This document shows, piece after piece, positions 53,717 to 64,000 of a stretch of DNA of 64,000 bases. Made by a program: the position numbers and the translations under genes. The notes under the pieces were generated by a model, which saw nothing but the letters and a program-made list of their open reading frames with translations, made no database searches and had not been told where the DNA came from. The DNA is taken from assembly GCA_000165425.1 (NCBI GenBank), contig CT868059.1, positions 62,001 to 126,000 on the forward strand. Direction: 5' to 3'. The number at the start of each line of letters is the position of its first letter. Within the stretch, counting starts at the first letter, position 1. The stretch comes from Paramecium tetraurelia. Lineage: Eukaryota.

Positions 53717-56700
53717 ATGTTATCACTTCTTATTAAAGTTATTCTAGTATTTGAGGCCTTGAGTTAATATAAGAATTATCGCTGCCATAGGGAAAATATC
53801 ACCTCATAGTATGATTGCGAACATTACTATGAAGGGTAGAGTTATTGGAATTCAACTGCATGTTTGAAAAATGAAACAACAATCAATCCAAACACCACTG
53901 AGACAAATAAGGATCCAACCTATTGCAATTTAATTTCGAAGACGGAATGTGCTAATGATTTTAATTGTGCCTTAATTAATGATAATTGTTTGCATTTTAC
54001 AGGATGCAGTGCTTTCATGAAAGAAAAATAGGAGGAATGCTAATCAATTTCAAAGAGATGCGTTACAAATGGTAAGTAATGCGTTGAGATCGGATTATGT
54101 GAGGAATACCTGACTGAATAAGCATGTCAATATGATGAAGAGGGAGACTACTGTTATTGGGATTCATCACTTCAGAAATGCGAAACTGCTGATACTTGTG
54201 AATAGTACCCCAAATTCTTAAATACTGATTAATTATGTCGAGAAGAACAAATAACATGCACAGTGGCATAATCTGGGTAAGGCTGTGTCGAAAGTAATTC
54301 GAAATGTTCTGATCAATTATTCCAGAATCAATGCTTTTGGAATCGAGATAAAACATAAGAATGCTTTTGGAATGGAACCGCTTGTGTGGATAAGATATGT
54401 TAGAATGCACTCAGTTCACTAATAACAGATGAGTAATGCATCAAGTATCTTAAAAAATGTACTACCAAATTAAATGGAGGATGCGTGGATAGAACTACAT
54501 GTAATGCGGCTACAATAAAGGATGCATGTAAGACGAATGCAAAGGGTGAGTTATGTTTCTGGGATGGTACAAAATGTCTGGATAAAATTTGCTCAAATGC
54601 TCCCTCTACTTATAAAACAAACAGTGAATGCGAATCCTATTTGGAGGATTGTATTACAAATGGAAATGGCTGTGTTGATAATTTAACTTGTGATTCTGCA
54701 AAGCTTGAAGATGCTTGTGAAAGTGATTTATCTAATAAAGAATGTGCCTGGGTCAATAATCTGTGTGTAATTGCTTAATGTTCATTGGCTCCCAACACTT
54801 TAACTACTAATTTAGAATGCTCTAAGTTTTTGACAGGATGTGTCACTAGAAAAGATGGAGGATGCATGAAAATCAGTAAATGTTCGGATTACGACATTGA
54901 AGAAGCATGTTTAATTGATTTAAATGGAGAAGAGTGTTTTTGGAATGATAATGATGTATGTGTTGATAAAACATGTGAAAATGCTCCATTGACATTGGAA
55001 TAGCATTAGGATTGCTAATTGTATAGTGATTAATGCACTATCAACCCAAAAACAAATCTAGGATGTGTTGACATGATTTGTGAGAATATCACAGCATAAT
55101 AATTATGTGTCACAGATTTAAATGATAATAAATGTTTCTATTAAGAGAAATGTTCGAGTAAAGAGTGCACTTTAGCCAATTTGACTACGGCTTTAGAATG
55201 TAATAAATATCTAAGTGAATGCACTCTGAATGACGAAGGAAATGGATGTACTCTCCTTCCTTTGACTTGTAGAGGGAATAGCAAGAAAGAGAGTTGTTAT
55301 TTCAGATTAGATGGGTTGTGTGGTTGGAATAGTCAGAGCAATGTTTGCATTGATAGGGAGTGTTTCACAGCAGATGCAAGCTATAATACGAATGAATAGT
55401 GTAATACATATCTAAAAGGATGTGTAGTAAGCAATACTGCAGGTTGTATGGTACTACCCAAATTATGTGAAGATAGAAAGAAAGAATTAAATTGTCATTT
55501 TGATGATGACAATTGTGTGTGGGGATCTGAATAGTGTCAATCACGATCATGTTTAACTGCTCAATTTGAATTGGATACTATAGACATGGCTGAATGTAAG
55601 TAATACATTGAATGTTCTCAAGATGAAACTGAATGTTGTATTTTAAACAATGAAGGTAATAATTGTCAAGGGAAGAGCACTTGTGATGTGTTAGATGAGT
55701 CAAATTGCGTGTCTGATGCAGCAATAGAAGGTACATGTGTTTGGAATGGAGCTTAATGTATCAATGCTGATAGTCTACTATGCACTGATTACATTGGTCA
55801 AAATCACAAGGAATGTCATGATCTTAAAAATACATGCACTGTAAATGCTAATAAAAATGGTTGTATAGACCTGAAGGAATGTGAGCAGTATGATAATTAA
55901 TCATAATGTGTATTAAATCTGAGATAGTAATTTTGTTCATGGAATGCTGCAACTAGTCATTGCTACTCCTTCAGTTGTTCTGATGCCCCAGATTCTTTTT
56001 CATATTCAACTGATGAACAATGTAGAGTATTCTAGAGTGATTGCACTGTTCATTCGGATATCGGAGGATGTGTTGATAAATTTAGTACATGTGGAGAATA
56101 CTTGAAGAAGGAGAGTTGTTACAGGACTATCAATTCCGCTAAGAATAATTGCTATTGGTATAACAATTCATGTCGGAAAACTGAAAGCTGTGCTGATATT
56201 ACTTTTCTTTAAACCTTTACCACTGCTAATTGTGAATAAATTCTCTACGACTGTAAGGTTAATACTACAAATAATGGGTGTGTTCTTAAAATTTGTACTG
56301 ACTATAATTATACAACTCTTGATCAATGCTTAAGTCTTAACTCATGTTCAATTAATAAAAGTAAAACTCAATGCATTCCCATTAAATCAGAATGTGGTGA
56401 TTACACAGATTAAAGTTAATGCTATTATTCTAAAGATGAAGGATTATGTATTCCTTATATCGATGCATGTTATATAAAAAATCATGCATGCGAAAGTATG
56501 TCAGGAGATGAAACAACTTGTCCAACATATAGAAAAGCTTGTATAAAAAATCCATTTAGTAATAATTGCAAGAGAAATATTTGCTCATCAGTATCATCTC
56601 CTGATGCAAGTTTAGCTTAATGCTAAGATTTTGATATTGGCTGCACTGCATAAGTTGATTTATTACAATGCACAGATATAATGGTTAATTGTTCAGATTA

Positions 56701-59700
56701 CACAGATATCAATCTTTGTTATTATTCGAATTCTGGTTATTGTATTCTTGATAAAGATAAATGTATAGATTTATAAAATAAAACACCTTGCAATTAATTA
56801 ATATTTAAATATGATGCGACTTGCGATAGTTTAAAAAACTCATGCGCAAATAACCCAGATAAAACCAGCGCTATTCAATGCGTTGATAAGACATGTAGTA
56901 ATGCTATTAAGTCTGAATACAACCATTAAATCTGTTAGGAATGGATGTCAGATTGCACTTCAAACTATGATGGAACAAAGTGCATAGTTATGTAAAATAA
57001 TTGTTCAGATTACAAAGATTCAGATTGTGGGGATCAATCTATATCAGGCGGATGTAAAATGAAATAAAATATATGTGTCACTGGATAATGCAATTATTCG
57101 CCTTCTACATTATTGGATAATTAAGCGTGTTAATCTTATTTAAGCACTTGCACAGTTGATAGAATAGGAGGTTGTGAGTAAAGATAAAAAACTTGTGATC
57201 TTTATAAACTATAAAAGCAATGCTATTTTGATATCAATAATAATAGATGTTTTTGGAATCCTACATTATAGAATTGCGTAGAACTCAAATGTTCAAATAT
57301 TGAAAAAACATCATAATATTCTACTACTTAGTAATGTAAATCAATTTAGTACATTGATTGTATACTTGATAATACAGGCAAGGGTTGTTAGGATAATCAA
57401 TACTAGTGTGAATCAATCACATCACAATAATTATGTACCAAAGATATTAAAGGGTAACAATGCCAATGGAATGATAATAAATGCTATACTCAAACATGCA
57501 CAACTGCTCCAACTACTTTGACAACCCTTTAATAGTGTTTAGCCTATTACACTAAGGTTAAATGCACAACTAAAAGTGGTGGTGGTTGTACATTTCAGTT
57601 GGATTATTGTGAAAATTACACTGATTAAGGATCATGCATTATTAGCAAGAAAGGAGTGGAATGTGGATATGATGAAAAAGAAAAGAAATGCAAAGTCAAA
57701 AGCTGTTAAATAGCACCTTCGTCATATTCAACACACTAGTAATGTAATGATTACATGGACACTTGCACAGTACACACTACTGGAACTGGATGCTAAACAA
57801 TTCCAGATACCTGTGAGGAAATGACTATGATACAATGTGAGGTTAGTGATTGCTATTACGATAATGATCAAAGTAAATGTATAACAAAAACATGTTAAAA
57901 TAAACCTGATAGTATCAGTAGTTGTTCCGAGTATCTAGGTTAGTGTTATGAAGATACTATAAAATGTAAATCAGCAATATGTGAATACTATTATTATGCA
58001 ACCGATTAAGAATGCAGAAATATTATGTCTCATTGCACCAGCGATGGAACTCAATGTATTCCCAGAAGAAAATGCACTTAAGCATTTAATGAAGCTAGTT
58101 GTGTCTCTCAGCCAGATGGTCAATTATGCTAATGGACTGCAAATAAATAATGTTCAGTTAGATCATGTAGTGTTGCCCCAAAAACATTAACTACCCATTC
58201 TCAATGCTAATCTTATCTAAAAAATTGTACAACTCAAAAGAATGGTGGATGTATTAATTTGATGCAATGTGTCGAATATAGCATAAGTGAATAATGTCAA
58301 ATAGATACTTTATAAAAACCATGTGTTTGGGATATAACTAAAAATTGGTGTAGAAATCAAGAATGCCAGGATTAGTTTGGCAATAATCATAAATCTTGTT
58401 AAGCTGTCTCAAAAGAATGCACGGCTGACTTAGTAAAAAAGGGTTATTGCATGGATTTACTTGAATGTTCAGAGTATACCTTGAAATTGCATTGCATAAT
58501 TGGAACTGATGGAAGTTGTTTATGGGTAAATAATTAGTGTTATCAATATTCATAATGTGAGGACATCTAATTCAAGACCCATGAAGAATGTCAAAAAGTC
58601 TCAAAAGAATGTACCACTGATGGAAATTAATGTGTTCCAATTACATTCTGTTAGGAGACTAATACAAATGGAGGATGTAAATTAGGAATAGATGGGGAAT
58701 GTATTTAAATTTTTAAAGATGATGTAAATGTTTGTACTTAATTCGAATCCTGTAAACAAATTGCATTACCTTCTCATTCTTAATGCTATGCAACAAAAAG
58801 TGATTGCACCACTGATGGTGTGACATGCATTTCTCTTACTGATTGTAATAAGTATACACTTCAAATCTCTTGTCTGATTAACAGTGATGGCAGAATATTG
58901 TAGGATAAAAAAGTAATTTCAACTGGGTAGTGCGCTTGGGATACCTCTGCTAATCAATGCCGAGATCAAGGTTGCACTGATTTAGCAGGTACAACAAATG
59001 AGGCATGCGAATCATAACTCTACTCATGTACTAGTAATGGTAAGACTTGTGTTTCTAAATTTAATTGCTCCAGTTTAACAAATGAAGCAGAATGTAAGAT
59101 TGCTAAAAGTGAAGATGGACAATGTTTTTGGTTGAACAGTAAATGTGAAGTTATTGGATGTGCCAATATTGCCAATGCCAAATCTGTTGAAAAATGTAGA
59201 GAATAAAATAGTAAATGCACTTATGATGGCCAATCATGCATAGCTATAGGCTAATGTAAGGATTACAAAACCTAAATTTCGTGTAATTCTAAAGGAACTG
59301 ATGGGATTTGCTCCTGGATCCCTCCTGCATCATCCAATGTTACTACTACAACTGAGCGTAATGTATGTAAACCGATGGAATCATGTCAACAATCTGAATA
59401 GGATCAGAACTCCTGTTTGTAGGTCAAAGATTTGTGTTATTACAAGAAAGCCACAAACACATCCTCTAGTTAATGCTTAGAGCACACCTGTTCATCTTAT
59501 TATGAATAGAATAACATATGCTAATTCTTTTATAATTGGAACAAAACCGAAATAACATTTTGTCAAATACAGAATAACACCTGCATTAAAATAGTAGATC
59601 CTACAACTTTAAGTTACAACGATTGTTATTTGCTCTCAGGTTATACTTATACATTCAATAGTCAATAATCAAAATGCTAATCTTGTCAACCACCTAAGAA

Positions 59701-59776
59701 AAATATCACTATCGACAAGAAATTCGCTAATATTCTAACAATCTTTTTGATTGTTCAAATAATAGTATTTATTTGA
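53717..59776 (+). CDS. Paramecium surface-antigen-like Cys-periodic protein (~2019 aa), probably GPI-anchored
   Basis: Signal peptide; dozens of repeats such as CFWDGTKCLDKICSNAPSTYKTNSECESYLEDCITNGNGC; hydrophobic C-terminus FANILTIFLIVQIIVFI*. The 6060-nt span equals 2020 codons. Confidence 0.93.
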
Positions 59777-59958
59777 GACTTATTCATGAATAAACAATGA
59801 ATTCATTTTTTAGGTTTTACAATTTTTGTCTATTACAACTAAATTATGTATATTTCCCTTCTTGTTTATATAATTTATCTAAATTCAATTGTGAGATTAT
59901 TAAAATACTTAACATTTTAAATAAATAAAACATAAATTTGAATTTTAATTAAAAATAA

Positions 59959-61377
59959 TCATTATACTATTTCTACATTTCTTTATTATAATTGCTTGTT
60001 TGTTAGAGCTTTGATCTCGATAGACTTTTCATATTTCATATCAGGAACGGCTTGTCTAGTTTGTTCAATGAATTTAATATCATGATTTCTTAGATTTGGC
60101 AATTCTTTTTGCAATTCATTTTTATATGCACTGTACTTTTAGTAATATTGTAAGAAGCATTCTTTCATTGCCTTCAAATCTCCAGCTGTGGCCTTTGAAT
60201 AATGAGAATGAGTTATACTTGTGTAAGATCCTCGACAATGTAGGGGAAGGGATTGCTCAAGTAGGGTTCTGCCCAAGTGTGGGTTTCGAGCAGGACATCT
60301 AAAAGTGCCATTTTTTCAATTTAATTTTCATCAGTTTCTCCTGTTCTTCTGGGGGGAATTCGAGTGGCTTCAGTATAGTTGATACCATGAGGAGCTTCAA
60401 CCCAATAATTGTTGATGGGTACTAGGTGTGGTATCCCCACATAGGCATTTATAGTTTCGCATCCTTCGAAAGCACTCTTCAACATTGCAGTCATATACAG
60501 ATCCTTAGGTGTTTAAAAGACATGTGGCAAGAAATCGTACGCGGCTTTTCTGAGAGTGATAGGAATATCATTCATCTATTTGGTCTTTTGTAGTGTGTAT
60601 TTGAAGAGATCTCTGGCCTCTTGGATTTCAAGAGTGCCACCTAAATTTAGTTTATGCAAGTGATCAGGCATGTCAGCCAACAGAACTTTGTGTTTACCCA
60701 TAAGGGCTGTGTAGAGGACACGATTAATGAGATAATATTCTGAATATCTATGGTTGATAATGTGTTCGTCGATAGTTTATATGAATAGATTTTTATTGGC
60801 TTCTTGTATTTCTTTGGATTGAATGTTGGCATAGGAGTAGGTGCTGAGTCCTTTGGACCAATCAATTTCTTCCATATTTTTGTTGGCATTGAGCATATCT
60901 AAGACGACTAGATTGACTACTGCTTCTTCCCAAGCATGTGGTTTGAGGGGATCAATCAAGGGGGTGTCGTACATTTCGTAGCCCTCGACATTTTGGAGTG
61001 CACATTTGTGAGCGAGGAATCTCTGCCTTGCTAGATAAGGGGAGGGGTCCAATTGCAATACGATTAGATCTGGATGCATTCTAAGTAGAGGAATGGATAT
61101 ACTGAGTGTTAAGACTGTTGAAGAGATCGTAATTCTGGAATTTGTCTTTGGTTTAACCATAGGGCACTCCAGTGACATAGCAAGTGTCTGAACTTTCGTG
61201 ATTGTTGGCCAGATATCCTTGATTGGCTGCTTTCAATGGTTTGAGTTTGACTGATTTGGGTGTTTTGGCCCCATAGCAATCTCTTTAATTCAAGAAGTAG
61301 AGCTCTGCGGAGAGCTATTCGTAGCGATATCTCAATTTCTGATTGAGGGATCTAACAATTTTAATTCTTTATAACAT
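59959..61377 (-). CDS. TraB/PrgY-domain-like protein, probably mitochondrial
   Basis: Basic N-terminus MLQRIKIVRSLNQKLRYRY; HPDLIVLQLDP, VLLADMP, KDLYMTAMLK..NAYVGIPHLVPINNYW. 22- and 26-nt introns give 457 codons. Confidence 0.7.
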
Positions 61378-61382
61378 AAATA

Positions 61383-63244
61383 ATGTTAGAACACAAGCGA
61401 AATCACTCTTAGAAAATTAGAACTGTGTAGATAAGATGTTATGATAAACAGGTGGCGATCGACATAGCGATGGACAAGAGTGTGGCTGATCTCCTGAACA
61501 AGGTATGAGTATTGGAGACTTATTCATGCTAGCTCCGTGAACATCCAGCAACGCCAAATTCATAATAGTTGGTTGCTTTGAAAACAGTTTCGAATTCAAT
61601 CACGATGGATTATATGTTATCGGTGCCAGAAGAGAGAGGTAAGTGTTCATATGATTATTAATCAGCTTAACTGCCCATACACAAGTTGAAACAGGAAGCT
61701 TTGATTGGAGTCTACAGATAGAATGCTCATAAATAAAATCTGAGTCTTTTAGACTTCACATTTGAACGATGCATTGGTAAGGGTGGTACTTCAGAGGTCT
61801 ATTTGGTACGTCATCACGTGTCTGGAAGATTGTTTGCTCTGAAGATGATCAAAAAATAATATATTACTGATTGCAGGAGACTGGAACAAATCCTAAGAGA
61901 AAAGAAAATTCTGTCCCAGGTTCTGAATCACTCCAAATTCATCATTCCATTGTATGCCACATTTGCAACCAAAGACCACCTGTGTTTTTTAATGGAGTAC
62001 TCTGCTGGGGGTGAGATGTTTTATCATCTCTAAAATTACCGTTTTACAGATGATGAAGCTCGAGCTTACATTTGCGAGGTCATTTGTGCCCTGGAGGAAC
62101 TCCATTAGCATCGTGTCTTATACAGAGACCTGAAAGTAATTAGTAAATTTCAATGTCTAGCCAGAGAACATACTCATAGATCTTAGAGGTCACATCCAAC
62201 TCACTGATTTTGGGTTGTCTAAATTGGATTTGAGTGAAGAACAACTAACCAACAGTTTCTGCGGGTCTCCTGAGTATATGCCTCCAGAGATAGTCAATCG
62301 ATAAGGGTACTCATATCCTGCTGATTTCTACACCTTAGGATGTTTATTGTATGAGTTGTTGTTAGGCTTGCCACCTCATTATTCTCAGAACACTGAAGAA
62401 ATATTCCATAAAATTTAGAATGAGGACATCTCATTCCCTGAAGATTTGAGTTCAGATGTAATGTCATTGTTGTAAAATCTTTTGAATAAGAATATTAAAG
62501 AAAGAATACATGACTTTGCTACCTTGAAGAGGAATCCCTGGTTTGCTGATGTCGATTGGCAAGCTGTCAAATAGAAGAAATCTGCTTAGATGCCTATATT
62601 CATTGATATCTATGAGACTCACATCCATCAGGAGTTCTTGAAGATAGATGTAAATGATCTCAATCAAAAGAATGAACATGGCGAGTTAAGTAGTTCTGAA
62701 GATCTCTTTGATTTCTTCAATTATGTCAATGAGTCATACAAGGACATATTCTAGTTGAAATAGAAGATGCGAGTTCAAAGTGATCATCTCATTGATAAGA
62801 AGCTGTTACAAATTAGTTAATCAAGTGCAAAAAAGAAGAATCTCTAATTAAACCTAAATGACATAGAGAAGCAATTTTCAAAAACTCAGACTCTTAAATA
62901 ATCACTGACACCCTAGAGTGTGATGCCACTATCTTTGTTACGCAAATCATTTTAGTAGATGATGAAAGAGAAACCCAGAAAGAGTCAAGACAATCATCCC
63001 ACTTTAAGTACTGTGTTATCTGATAGGCCCATAATAGATCGCAATTATGTAGCCATTTCATTTTTAATAATTGTAGATTTAGAAGATGTTGCAAACTTTA
63101 ACAAGCAAGAAGAAACCACAGAGTCCTTCACATAACGGGTTGTCTTGGAGACCACCTCAAGTGAAAAGAGGGTCTAGTTCATCGACTCATTTAAAATCAT
63201 CGATTAGTCAAAGAGGATAGAGTTCAACAAGATAAATAAAATGA
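61383..63244 (+). CDS. AGC-group Ser/Thr kinase
   Basis: [55 protein letters not shown]; four tiny introns; TGA at 63242-63244. Confidence 0.92.
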
Positions 63245-63268
63245 TATACTACTTATTTATTAGAAATT

Positions 63269-64000
63269 TCATTCTACTCTACTTAAGTCAGCCTATGATT
63301 GATGGTCATATCCATATTGATCCACAAATACCTCAGGGTAGATCTTATTGTAGAAACGAGGGACGGACAGAATGGTTGGGTTGATGTCTGGAGATAGTGA
63401 GTCATTTTCGTCCTTTTCTCTAATGAAATATCTCTAAAATATCTTACTTATCACTCAATTCCAAAGGATTCATTTGATACAAATGGTCTCTCTTTCTGTT
63501 CTCGTTTCTTACGATGCCCATCAAATATTCTCTAATCATTCTAAATCTCTTCTTAATTCTAGCACGTTGTTCAGCTCTATTCGTGAATAGTTTCCTTGTC
63601 AACCAATTCTTGTTTGACAAATTTGGGAACTTCACATTAATCTTATTTCTTAGCTTATCCAAGGCTTCTTCTTAGCCATCCAATTAAGCCCACAAAATTT
63701 CCCATAGGATAATCGCAATGAAGACTCCATTGATGATTATCAAAAATATGTAGAAGGGCCAAATGATCTCCTGATTGGAAGTCTAGTTGGCTGAATATAG
63801 AGTCATTCCCAACACAATGGAGGTTCCACAAACTAATGTACTCATATCATCCAAATAATTTAAATAGGGTAACTTAAATGGCTTATATTTCTTAGTGAGC
63901 AGAGAATAAATGAACACAATGATGAAGATCAAGGCAGCCTTGATGATGATTAAATCTTCGTAGAATGTCAAAAACAATATGATGAAACTCTTCTAGAAAA
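63269..64000 (-). CDS. 3' end of a large multi-pass membrane protein (runs off the window end)
   Basis: KSFIILFLTFYEDLIIIKAALIFIIVFIY..KPF..LNYLD..VCGTSIVLG..IIINGVFIAIILWEI; 28-nt intron; TGA at 63269-63271. Confidence 0.85.

Noticed and set aside
53717..59776. Periodic repeats that might suggest a CRISPR-like or satellite array
   Set aside because: The periodicity is at the protein level (Cys/Trp spacing); there are no identical nucleotide repeats with spacers.

Overview
AT-rich, gene-dense eukaryotic DNA from a ciliate macronuclear genome, almost certainly Paramecium. TAA/TAG read as Gln and TGA is the only stop (genetic code 6). Genes contain tiny 22-30 nt GT..AG introns, and a 6 kb Cys-periodic surface-antigen-type gene is present. 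The supplied ORF track uses the standard code and fragments nearly every gene, so I re-translated by hand with code 6. About 36 protein-coding genes or gene fragments are supported. These include CK1, an HMG-box protein, a BAH-PHD reader, a pepsin-like protein whose second catalytic Asp is His, five further kinases, a WHIM/WSD-like protein, TRM5, proteasome beta1, a CEP19-like protein, an EF-hand calpain, a TPR-ARM (TTC12-like) protein, a calmodulin-like protein, RPL21, RPS26, a 7TM receptor-like protein, a hybrid histidine kinase and a TraB-like protein. There is also a ~555 bp near-identical duplication of a gene 3' end inside a 3.6 kb gene-poor island. I saw no rRNA, tRNA, CRISPR, telomere or transposase. 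No single convincing novel multi-gene system is evident. The best leads are the His-substituted aspartic protease, the BAH-PHD and WHIM chromatin proteins, the duplication/conversion with a frameshifted parent gene, and two divergent genes whose start codons are 5 bp apart. All family calls come from motif recognition by eye, not database searches.
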